Assembly: GCA_051294905.1 (NCBI GenBank)
Contig: CM119372.1
Span: 23,004,001 to 23,068,000, forward strand
Source: Botryllus schlosseri
Lineage: Eukaryota
DNA: 64,000 bases
Direction: 5' to 3'
Shown: piece by piece, positions 1 through 11,404 of the stretch
Layout of the letters: the number at the start of each line of letters is the position of its first letter
How positions within the stretch are numbered: position 1 is the first letter of the stretch
Program-made: the position numbers and the translations under genes
The notes under the pieces: generated by a model
Told to the model about the DNA's origin: nothing
Database searches by the model: none
Seen by the model: the letters and a program-made list of their open reading frames with translations, nothing else

Positions 1-397
1 ACCACTGATCTGATAAATTAATTTCTCACAAAATGACTCATTCATACCAGCGCACCTTGCTCGTATCTAGCATTCGTCTGCCGCCCCCTTCTGTCTCAAT
101 CAACTTCGCTGCAACAGTCCTGAGGAACGTAGCCGAAGTATATTCTCCAGATGTACATGCTAGGAAATTTGAATAAAATGGTTTCAAGCCATTCTCTAAT
201 TTTCCTCATATCAGTGAGGTGCCCAGCCACTTTTGTAAGTGCAAGGGTGTCCAGGAGGGGCCCACCCGTGGCCCGTGAGAAGGTCCTGAGTGTCCCCCGC
301 GGTAATTTAAGAATTGACTCCTAGTATGCTTTGAAAAAGCTTCTGGGAGGTACAGAACTTCAATATATAATTGAATGGTATATTCATATTGAAATGA

Positions 398-431
398 ACC
401 CGAATATTTTCGGCCGACACTCGTCAGGGGT
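398..431 (-). ncRNA. Minimal type-I hammerhead ribozyme motif
   Basis: Minus strand ACCC-CTGACGA-GTGTCGGCC-GAA-AATATT-C-GGGT: stem I ACCC/GGGT, intact CUGANGA and GAAA core, 1-bp stem II, palindromic stem III AATATT, UUC cleavage triplet. Confidence 0.7.
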
Positions 432-528
432 AATCGTCAGCAACTAGTAGAGAATCGGAAAGAACATTTTGATACGATTGTTGATATTCAATGCTCTTTC
501 CAATTTTCTAGTAGTTGCTGACGATTAT

Positions 529-562
529 ACCCCTGACGAGTGCCAGTCGAATATATTCGAGT
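529..562 (+). ncRNA. Degenerate hammerhead motif (mirror arm)
   Basis: ACCC-CTGACGA-GTGCCAGTC-GAA-TATATT-C-GAGT; GAAA changed to GAAT and stem I mismatch. Confidence 0.45.
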
Positions 563-1908
563 TCATTTCAATATGAATATACTATTCAATTGAAAATATA
601 TTGAATAGCGACAATCTTTACCGGAGGTCTCAGAACAACTACACAATTTAATAATGTAATAAATAATAATAATGGACCCTTGCAAAGCTAATTCGCGAAA
701 TATTGCATGAATAGTTTTAACCGCGTGGCATGGGGACAGTAAATTTTCGAAGGACACCACTTTCATCCGATCTACCAGTTAATGTGATTACCCGTATGCA
801 ATATATGCTAACACCAATATTATTGACGACTACATTCATTCATTAGCTATATTTTAAACATTTTTGCTAGTAAATAAATGCACACTGATTTTTCATAACA
901 TAAATATTAGTGATTTTGGTGCGTAATATGCCGATTGGTTAAACAGGTAAGTCTTACACATAGGTATATATTATTTCCCTTCATCTCATCAAAGATTTGC
1001 CCCTTTCAATTTCACTTATGGCTGCGCCCTTGAATATTGTCCGTGTCACTGCGTGACCGGAAAATTTGTTTGAGAAAAAAGGACACCACACTTACGCAAA
1101 TTGCCCTGTCCTAATCAAGACCTCATTGCCACCTGGAAACTAAAGCTATGGTAGCTAAACAATAAATGGCCCGCGTAATCATCCGTGCACGGCATGAGGC
1201 CCCTAACCAAAGCGATTGCACGCCGCTGTGCTAGTGAATGCTGACTAGGCCAATCGTTCTCAACCATTTTTAGCTCACGAGCCAGTAAAATTTCAGAAAA
1301 CATATGGCAGACCGGTGTACCTTCGAAAATCGACATCAACCCAAAATGTGCAAGTATACGAAACCGTTTTTTTTAAGCATGGTACTAGAGAGTGGCATTT
1401 CTAGGGGTTTGTTCGTAATTAATTAATTACATATGCTAATTATGGTACTCATGTAATTTCACGGTAGTGTGTCTCCATAATCGAGGTAAAATTGCCTGGC
1501 CTAAATAAACGAGCTACCACCGAGACTCGATTTCAGTCTTCCGCGCCGAAAATAGTATGAATTAACCGACCTACGCTAACTCGAATATTAAATATTCTAG
1601 TCTTTGACAATATCGAGGGAAGAAGAAGCGTTTCGGAGTCGGACCAAACACCTTGTCGTGCTACCTTGTCCATTTGCCACTACCACCAGACTTACTACGA
1701 ATACAATGCTTCGCACGAAAACACCTGTCAACAGTGACACCCGGCAATCCACAAAATAAATAAACCGAAAATGAATGGTCGTACAAACTTGCAGTTTAGC
1801 TAGTCAGCTCGAATTTGTCGCTCGCAAGTTCTCACCTAAGATGGCTTGAACCTTGAACATCAAGTCAAATCGAACATGTTACCATAGGCCTGATGTAGTG
1901 GTTCTCAA

Positions 1909-2927
1909 TAGGGATGGTGTGAACGTGACGTTCACGTTCGCGTTCTGTGTGTGAACCTCCGAAATTTAGAGGTTCACGTTCACAAACAAACCTTGGTAGG
2001 TTCTGCACTGTGAACCTTTTTCATGTAATACAATTTTCATTTCATTATAACATATTTGGTAGAAATTTATATAGCATTTCAACTGCGGGCCACTCTATGC
2101 ATGGCGCTGGCAGCATAAAATACCAACACTAAACGAGCATGCACCTTGACAATCTCAAATATTTTTAATTGTTTTGTTACAAAAGTTTGCTCGTAATATC
2201 CATCTTTCCGTATGTGAATATTTAGTGACTCTCTGCTGTAAGCTTGACCCGTAAATCACACAACATCAAGAGCGAAATACACTACATATAGTAGGTATAG
2301 TCAAGTCAGCGAATTATGCTTATTTAACCAATCAATAAAATTGATATCGTTGTCTGATGTAAAAAATCTAGCAGGCGTAGGTATATGGGGTCAATTTTGA
2401 TTTCAAATATTTATTGTACCATGAAAACCAAATCCGTGCGATTGGAGTGCTGGCTACTGCTGTATAGCTTGTTAATGGAATAATATCGGTAACATGTATA
2501 GAAACCCGTTTTACAGTCTGCTCAATATCAACGTAGCAATACTCAGACGCCGAATACATTGTCCGGTCTGGCCAAGACCGTAAGGCGTAAGCTTATTTCC
2601 TTGCAAGTCCCAGTGGAAATTGTTGGCAAAGCGACGGAAGATATTGATTTTATGGGATTTTCTATATCATTTGATTGCCACAGTTGATACATTTGGCGAC
2701 GTAAAATGTCAATGTACTTTAGCATTATGGCATTATGTAGCCGAGTCGTCGCTAGGTAGGCTACTGTGTACATTACATAGGCTATCTATTCACCGAATTG
2801 TAGGGTTGGAATCAGCAATATGACGTCACTTGACGTCATGAGGCTCACGTTCGCTTTTACACAGAACCTTTCAAAAAGGTTCGCGCTCACACGAACCTGA
2901 ACCTTTCAGAGGTTCACACCACCCCTA
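1909..2927. mobile_element. Non-autonomous TIR element, TAGGGATGGTGTGAAC family, copy 1
   Basis: TIRs tagggatggtgtgaac / gttcacaccaccccta; 5-bp TSD CTCAA; subterminal GTGAAC/GTTCAC repeats; homologous to 31092-32076 and 51873-53338. Confidence 0.85.
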
Positions 2928-3039
2928 CTCAACCAGTGTGCCGATTGGACTATGCTCAGGGGTGTCGCTTGAAAATGTGGTCGACGTATAACAAAAATCA
3001 AGGAATCCAAATTATCACCGTAGCATTGTCGGTGGTTCT

Positions 3040-3762
3040 AAGACACACAATTAATGTACAATGTGATGCAATGAATAGATAGGAAAATGTTGTAGCGACC
3101 AAGTACGGTCTCTCAATTTGCCATCCCCTCTGCCTTAGGCCCGATGTAGCAGTGTTCGCTCTTCCTTGAATTCTTCTTTTATCAGGTCTTTTTTTTTACT
3201 GCTTTTGTCACGACTCTGGGAGCACAGCGACGTACGGGACGGGAATCCGTCATCAAATACTGTGGAACCCAAACTCACCCTCGTATAATAGCATTTGGGA
3301 AAGTGAATACTACATAAAAGGTCACCACTTGGGCAATTCGACCGTGATGTTGAGATTTGGCCGAAGGTGTTGACCCTTTTTCTGTAGTCAGCCCTGCGGG
3401 AACCAATGACTGGACAGTGACATGGCGATGGCGTTGGTTGATGACCTTTCTTTTATTTAGTTTTATTCGTCGCCTTGCCAAATCTTGCACTCATGGTACT
3501 TGTTGTTTTTCAGTGTTCGTGGTATTTCGACTTGGTCATACTATACCGATATTGCGCAATTGGGATTCCCGAGATGCCAACTTATAGCACGGCCCACTTT
3601 CCATACAGAGTTTTTATAAAACGTGGATTTCGTTCATCACATTGCGAGGAGGAGCCTCGATAAGCCTCCGATGCTTAGGAAGAGATTCTAGAATCGAACT
3701 CGGTCGGACGCGAACCCGCAAACCATTTGTGTTGCACTAGTGCAACGTGCCACTACCCTACT
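3040..3762 (-). mobile_element. tRNA-derived SINE-like element
   Basis: Minus-strand head with A-box-like GTAGTGG and B-box-like GGTTCGCGTCC; body shared with ~12690-12900 (+) and 3' part shared with 60281-60474. Confidence 0.5.
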
Positions 3763-4507
3763 AGCAATTCAGGGTTCTCGAAGAGCTAGGGTGTGCCGCG
3801 AACATTTTTCCCTTTGGTAGGGTGCCGCGAGGTCAAAAAGGTTGAGAACCACTGGCGCAATGTTATCTCATTGCGCTGTAAATTACGTAACTGACGAAGT
3901 TCTAAATCAGTTTGAAATTGAATGCTTTATTTATTTTATCAATGGTCAAGCCTTCAATATCTTGCATACATGCAACATCGTAGTGACATTTTTCTTTGGA
4001 GCGACTAGTTTAGCATGAAGGATCACCTTACGCGTATTTACTGTGAGTCCTTGAACTGACTATCCTTATATTTCGGACCAAACATCGGTATTGAGATGAT
4101 GTATACTTGAAATTAGGTTAGGTTTCCGAGAGAAAGTAAGGTTACTTACGGACATAGTCGTAATTCTTCCCCACACAATCAGCCCCTCCATTAAGAGCTG
4201 GTATTTTCTTTCGTTCTCTCATTTTCCGGAACGCATAAGAGCCAGTGCCATCTCTTACCTTGTCACACAGGCCGTATTGCCCAAACGCCTGCCACGAGCA
4301 ATCTATAATAGCAAATCTACTATGTCAATCCCTTAACTCTACCTGAGGCGTTCTACCTTAAGGTACATAATTTGTAGGCCTACTTTGCTTCATAGTGTAT
4401 TTGTATGACAGTTTTATTAGTTGCTTTAAAAATGTCGGACGAATGGTCATTGGTCATCCATGTCTACTGTCTAGCTTTAGCAGTCTCGCGACACACACTG
4501 TCTAGTG

Positions 4508-6069
4508 CAGGGGTCGGCAACCTTTCGCTACTCGCGGGCCAAATTTCGGGTGTACAACTATTTGGTGGGCCGGAATTTTTCTTAGTATTATATTTTACCC
4601 TCACTTCGGTATATTATCCTACATTGCTGCAATCTCAATCATATACCAATCAGAACACACATGTATTTAAACTTCAACAACACAGAATAAATGTGACAAT
4701 TGACGCAGCTTGCTTTGTGAAAGGTTTTCAACTTCTGGTAACAAGTCAGATAAAACAAGAATCAGACCCTATTTAAAATGGACGTCCGAAATACGTGATC
4801 TTAGCTTGCCCTTCGTGAATTTCATTGTTCAAAACTCTTGTTCACATGCGTACGTTCTTCCAAAAATCGATGCAATTTCTTTTGCATTGTTGGTCAAGCT
4901 GGGATAAAGACCAATTTCAAGAATGTTCTCTTCGGCAAAGTCATGCAGCGATATGCTCTTTGTATGACATATGTCATTCAGTTCAACTGCATCGCATTTC
5001 AGAAAGGTCTATTTGAAATTTTCAGGCAATGGTATTGGCTTCCACATTAAACGGAGTACTGAATAGTCAAAATTCATTTTATAGAGAACGAATGTCGGAA
5101 AAGCGGGTGAATATTCAGTAGTTAAATTTCGTATCACAGTTACAAATGTAGTGTTGGTACTAGGTTTTCTCTCCTCCAGTATAGGAAAGTGAGCATAATT
5201 TTCTTTGTACTGTTGACATTTCCAGAGTCACAGATTTGTTTTGAATGCGCCTCAACATCTCATGTATTTAGTTGTTTTCCCCCTGAAGTTGCAAATTCAA
5301 TTTGTTCAGATGTGACGTTAAGTGTACCAAGAAAGCAAGATGAGATACCCATTTTCGATTACAAGATTATGAGTCGGCGATATTTGTGTTTTCGAGGACA
5401 GTTGCTATTTCATTTCTCAGTTCATACACTCGTGTAAGCATAGCTGCTCGACTTAATGCGCGAACATGACAGACATAGGCCTATACATGACATCGCCATA
5501 TTGATTCTCTGCCTCTAGTAATATCTGGCGTTACTGATTCAGTTAATGAGACAAAGATCATATTGACAGTTTTCACCATTGTGGCCAAAACACTATTCAG
5601 GTTTGTTGTCTTGGCACGCAATGCCTTCTGGAAAATTAAACTATAGATAGGCTAACTACCATACGGAGGCTAGTTATCTATAATTGAACAGTTTGAGATT
5701 CCGTCATTGCGTCTGAGATGTTCCAAGCGTTTTTGAAGCAAAGGAAGGACACCTTTATTGTCACACCCCATTAGAGTGGTAAACCCTTTAAAAAAGTATG
5801 GAACACCTTCGTTTGCGAGATACGCCCGATTGATAAGCACTGATCCAGTCTAGTCTATCTTTGTGGCGTAACAATAGACTAATACGATGTAGGCTACTAT
5901 TATATCGTAGCAATACCGCATTTTTTTCATGCAGTGCTGCACTGCAGATTGAAACTCATTATGAAACGGCGGGCCGTATTCTTGTGATAACTAATTATTA
6001 TGTCGCGGGCCGGACGATTTCGCTTGGCGGGCCGGATCCGGCCCGCGGGCCGTACGTTGCCGACCCTTG
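4508..6069 (-). mobile_element. hAT (Charlie-like) element with decayed transposase
   Basis: TIRs caggggtcggcaac / gttgccgacccttg; TSD GTCTAGTG; minus strand ~4770-4900 reads IASIFGRTYACEQEF*TMKFTKGKLRSRISD, the hAT dimerisation motif. Confidence 0.85.
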
Positions 6070-6077
6070 GTCTAGTG

Positions 6078-7820
6078 CAGAGGTCTCAAACTCAAATGTG
6101 CTCGCGGGCCATTTCCTAGTTTTTGATGACGCCGCGGGCCGCAGCATCAATAATCGGGATATCTAATGTATAGGTTCCAACTAGGCCTTATTTGACGGGT
6201 CCTTGCAGACAAGCATTCCACAATAATCGTGGGAATGTGATTTACTATTGCATTGTTTACGCTTGACACGAAATAAAATCCCATTTTCAAATATTTGAAT
6301 AATCTTTTTTGTGCCAAAATAATTTTCTAATAAGTTATAGACATAATACGAGAGGATGCATCATGACCAATGTTCCCTCTAATTTTTGACGAGTCTGCGC
6401 AGACTCACCAACTCACTGCGCAGACCCTACGACAACAGTGCGTAAAAATGAAAAAAAAGTCATCACTTCGGATTTTTTGTGCGCAACTTAGATTTTCTGT
6501 GCCCAGAGACCGTGTCAGCACTGCGCATTTACGCACGTGCGCAGCATAGAGGGAACATTGATCATGACATCGTAAAACTGTCGGGTTATAATAGTGCAGC
6601 TAGTGGACCTTTGACGTGCCACAATTTTACATAGTATATTTTAAAATATACTGAAGATTGATCTGATATCAGAGCATTTGAGCGGTGGAGCCTAATCCTG
6701 GTTTTGATAAAGTCGTGATAAATATAGGCTATTGTTATTGTCATTGCCAAAGTCAAATTAAATCAGCGTTCGATTTTGCCTTCGATTATTATTGGAACAT
6801 ATCAATAACAACTTGAATATAATAATTATTGAGCCACAGTAATAGCATTGCTTCTTAGTCTTTTTAGCGATCGTACCCCTTTTGTGCTTCCAATGAGATT
6901 TGTCGTAGCGCCTGTCCATTTTCAACACAATTTCTAATGGTACCTATATTAAAATCGGAAAGCCCATTCACACAAGACTATTTTCCAGTTAAATATATTG
7001 GCCAATAAAATATTCCACAGCATATAGGCCTAATTCCACAATGCATCTCACACACCCTGATGTGGTGCTTCGTACCCCGAAGGGGTCTACGGACCCTGCT
7101 TAAGAACCCCTGGAATAGAAATGTCCAATCGGCGAATAATTCATTGGTGTTACAGCAGTAGAGCGTAGTGCTGCCCTACTCGCCTCCGATAATAACATGG
7201 ACAGAGAGAACAATAAACAACACCCAGCATGTAACCAACTATACGTCACGGGGGTCAGAATGCCAATGGTTGCCATACTGACCTGATTAGATCGTTATAT
7301 ACCCTAAGCAGCGAAAGCTACGACCTCTTGATATATTTCAATTCTCCATGACAGTTTCATAGATTGTTGCGCCCGTAGGATTAACAAGTCACCGTTTCGA
7401 TTCGCAAGTCCTTGTCTGATTTTAACGTTTGATCCGACTCAACTCGAGTTATTTTTATTTAATCAGTCAGTCAATCTAAAACCGAGTAAATTTACGAGAA
7501 GGTCGCACCAAACCAAATCACAATTTTAAGTCACGAATCATCAACGGGTCATGTTCTATCGTCATGAACTAGACATGTGACGTAATAGCTGATCTTCTAC
7601 CTCATGGTAGCTTTTAAAAGTGATGTGATAGTGAAGTTTGTTGAGATCCCAGTGATTTTTGTAGTAGTTTTAAATTGGACTTTAGGCTCTTATATCTAAA
7701 AAAATATATGGCACTTGAACATATTGTTGAATACTTAAAATTTCCAAATGCCGTCGCGGGCCGCACAAAATGCTCTTGCGGGCCGCATGCGGCCCGCGGG
7801 CCGCGTGTTTGAGACCTCTG
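6078..7820. mobile_element. hAT-type non-autonomous element
   Basis: TIRs cagaggtctcaaac / gtttgagacctctg; TSD GTCTAGTG on both sides; GCGGGCCG subterminal motifs. Confidence 0.85.
6368..6560. mobile_element. Short hAT MITE nested in 6078-7820
   Basis: TIRs caatgttccctcta / tagagggaacattg; TSD ATCATGAC. Confidence 0.85.
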
Positions 7821-8090
7821 GTCTAGTGTCTACTCACCCACAGGCGCGTAAGCGGCAATGGAACAAGATTCTTGAACTAAATACAGTGGTGAAGACGGTT
7901 TCACAACTGCTTTATAGATATCCGTCAGGCAGATATCTTCTTCGTGGTAACATGACTCAACGTAATTAGGCTTGCGGCCCCGTCGTATAGTTGTTAATCT
8001 AAAATGAAAATTGTACCTCAATCGGATATTACATATAATGTCGTTGGAAGCACAACGCGTTATTATTTTCAGAGGGTCGTGTGTATACCG

Positions 8091-10230
8091 CAGGGGCGGC
8101 CAACCCGTGAGGCAATACTCGAAATTAGTTAGAACATCAGGTAAAATTGCAAGGCCAACCAAAATTTGATTAGCATGACCACGAAATTTGATGATACTAA
8201 AACATTAGTTCCAACGCATTGGCGTAGCCAGGGGCCAGCCCCATTTATCGCAGATCTTCGCATAGGACCATAAAGTAGAATATTTCGTAGCAGATTTATT
8301 TGACTTGAAATTTTTCTTAGCACTTCTCATGATTTATTGTCGCTCGATTTCTTACATGTAGTATTGGAGACCCCTCCTGAAAATTATAAATACGCGTAAT
8401 TTACAGAATTGAGTTAATAATATTCGCAATTAGGAGATAGCGTGTCGTCCAGCATACGCAGGCCGTGTTATTTTTGGCATTTCAGGAGCCAGATGCTAAA
8501 ACTGCCAAAAATAAGCAATTTTTGGCATATGCCAAAAATAACACGGCCCGCCAAATAGTGTATTTCGTTCATGGTGTTGTGTTAACAGGACCACGTCACA
8601 AGCGAGAAGAGCGTGTGTGAAAGGCAGGTTTATTATTCTGGGTCCAGCCCACCCATTAGGGGTGAAAGCATGGTGTCCTAAATGGTGTGGGCACGGCGAG
8701 ATTGAACGGCTGACTTGCATTTGGTTTGCGTCATACTTTCCATTTGTCCAAAGGCAATTTTACGACCATTTTTGACCGGCTTGCCGAGCGCTAAATTTGA
8801 TAAAACGGGTATCAATGAGATGCTGCCGCTGTACTGAATATTAGAATATAAATTATATTCTGCTCATGGAACTGGAACCCCCAAAATCAGCCACGATTTT
8901 TGCATTGTGATCGAGTTGAACATTGTGACACAACAAACTGTCTGACTCTTTCTGAGCTGCATAGTCTCGTTTTGCCAGAGAGTCTTGTTGCGTCAATGTT
9001 CTTGAACAAGCTAACCTTCCCAGGACTCTTCCATGCGAGTTGGTAATAGAGCCACATGAAGAGACAAAAGTCCTCAGAAAATATCTCGGTAGACTGAAGG
9101 TGATGGGATAGTTGGACTAATAAATAGAATGTGTTGAGACACAACACAGGAAACTCCTGGAAAAGTATCGGGAAGAAAATTCTCTCCGCGATGAGATCGA
9201 TGGCACTGGCGAAGTGATCTCTTTTCATGATGCATGAAAGCCGGTTTGGCCCTCCAAAGATTTTGAAGCTCTGAAAACTTTTTGTGGATGACTGGCAACA
9301 TTCTTTCCCTCAACGGCTACTGTTGAAGCCGATATTTCCCAGATTAGCTGGGCGAGAAATGAATTTGGGAGAAACTTAGTTGGCCGGAGTTTGGAGGCAC
9401 TGTTACAGTGCAAACGATTTAAGTCTATTCAACAGCTGTAACAATCAGCTTTTGAGCGTGTTTGTTAGGCTTTTCTTTCTATTTTTGCTTATTGGCACCG
9501 ATTCCGATGGATACTGCACATTTTGTGGTTTCGTTTGATATTATTAACCTATGAAATCGTTGGGTTTTTTCTTCTTCTTATTGTTTGTTGGCACTGATTA
9601 TACGTGGATGCTGCACATTTTGTGGTTTCTATTGACAAACTGGCCCAAATAAAGCGTTTTTGTGACTAATTCGAGTCTGAAACGATCTATTTAGAGGACG
9701 ATGCCAAAACTGCCAAAAATAAAAATCTTAAAATGCCAAAAATAAGTTATTTTTGGCAGTTTTGGCATATGCCAAAAATAACACGGCCTGAACATACGTC
9801 TTCGCTTGTGCGCTCGCAGCGAGATCGTCAACTATGAAACATTTGCACAAAATGATAGAGGCATGCTCACCGAAACCTTCGATGTTGCTATGTCTAAACT
9901 CCGAATGATCCTGTCCTTGCCAAATGAGCTCAGTGGTATAAAAAGGCGACCCTAATATATGCAAGTGACGTACTTATTGATCGAATTCATTCATTACCTT
10001 TGAAACAATTTAGCGCTTCGCGTGACCAGGACTTCAATGCACACTGCACAGTTGTAGACCGAGTTTTCATGGCGTAATTGTTATCAATTTTAAAGCGTAG
10101 CAACATACGTCTTGTTTTCAACGTTACCTAATTCGGTTCGCTCCTATCGGACGACTGAGAAAGGTCATCAACATTGAAGTGGCCCGCGCAATGGTTCGTA
10201 TAAGTTGGCCGAAAAGGTTGGTCACCCCTG
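8091..10230. mobile_element. hAT-type MITE host with nested insertion
   Basis: TIRs caggggcggccaacc / ggttggtcacccctg; TSD GTATACCG/GTATACCC (7/8). Confidence 0.7.
8459..9790. mobile_element. hAT-type element, CAGGCCGTGTTATTTTTGGCA family, copy 1
   Basis: 21-bp TIRs; TSD AGCATACG/AACATACG; inverted homologue at 27436-28780; partial copy from 37109. Confidence 0.85.
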
Positions 10231-11370
10231 GTATACCCTAATACATGGTGTCCAACAGCACCTTTTCAGGTTCCGCCAAGAAAACACTGGTCTTCCCTTC
10301 CTGTATAGACCAGGGGTTCTCAAACCTTGTTACACTACGTAACCTACCTCTTACGAATTGTTTGCATGTATGGCGTAGCCTACCGCTTAGAAATAATGTT
10401 GTATAAAGTGTGCGAAATTGAAAGACAAATCCCCACAGAGTATACACTTCCAAACATTTTTTCACTGCGATATACATGACCGTGTGTCAGCATTAACTGA
10501 AATTAGAATAAAACTCCAAGAAAGGATAATTCCTTTCTAACAGCAGCTGTAACTCGTTGCCAATTTATTGTACAATATCATCTGCTAAGCTTCGATAAAA
10601 TGAAGAAAATCAGATGCCAATACCTGCAATTTGTTACGTGATGAACAAGAAATGTATTCACAGATTCAGCCTCCCAGTTTTGAAGTGATGGATATCGGCA
10701 CCCATTTGCCGTAGAAGACAACCCGTTCCCGAGGCATCTATCAAAGGTGGTAATTGACTCTTTCAAACATTTATCTCGGATCGCATAAGAACCTTTCCTG
10801 GCATCATTGGTCGGGATCGCTGATGACGGGGATTCTAGACGAAGATGCTCGATACGTAACACAACCATCTTTAATATGTATCATTGAGTTCCTTACTAAT
10901 CGTGCTTGATAGAAGGTATTTCCGAAGACAGTATCTTGCTTTGGGTAACAGCCATGAGCTCGAGTTCAGAAGCGAATGAAGATGTTCTTGCCAGCAAATT
11001 AGGTATTTCTTGGGAGTATTGTTCTTTTCGCTGGAAATGTGAAATGATAATGGGTACATCATTATTGTTAGCGAGTGACCGAGCAGCTCGATTTATGATT
11101 GGTTGGAACCGAACAGTAATGGAAAATGATAAAATAATGAATTTGGTGGTGAGAGAAATCACAAAACGAGAGCGTTAAGCAAAAATGCAATTACTGCAAT
11201 ACAAATTGGCTATAGCCAGAGACGCAACACTAATGAAATACACGGAGAGAATAGAGTCGGTCCTTTTGTTTTGTGATTTCTCTCGTTGTTGTTGTTATAC
11301 CATTCTTACGTCACACTACCTATTTCATCTTTATATTTCGAATTGCAATCTCCGTATTATACTGACGGCC

Positions 11371-11404
11371 ACTACCGACGAGGGTTAGTTGAAAAGCTTA
11401 TAGT
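11371..11404 (+). ncRNA. Degenerate minimal hammerhead motif, second family
   Basis: ACTA-CCGACGA-GGGTTAGTT-GAA-AAGCTT-A-TAGT: stem I ACTA/TAGT, palindromic stem III AAGCTT, one core substitution (U4>C). Confidence 0.45.

Larger units (their letters stand above)
343..603. repeat. Imperfect inverted repeat whose arms each carry a hammerhead motif (possible Penelope-like pLTR remnant)
   Basis: 361-460 is the approximate reverse complement of 497-603; related diverged copy at ~50320-50480. Confidence 0.75.
1896..3854. mobile_element. hAT-type MITE carrying two nested insertions
   Basis: Left end tagtggttctcaa|ccagtgtgccg is restored after removing 1909-2927; right end ggttgagaaccactg. Confidence 0.65.

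Noticed and set aside
3690..3762. Possible tRNA gene on the minus strand
   Set aside because: Box-like motifs are present but there is no convincing cloverleaf, and it continues into a dispersed repeat body, so it is treated as a SINE head
10578..11162. Two same-frame minus-strand ORFs that might be one secreted-protein gene
   Set aside because: Three stops lie between them, there is no upstream ATG, and I recognise no domain
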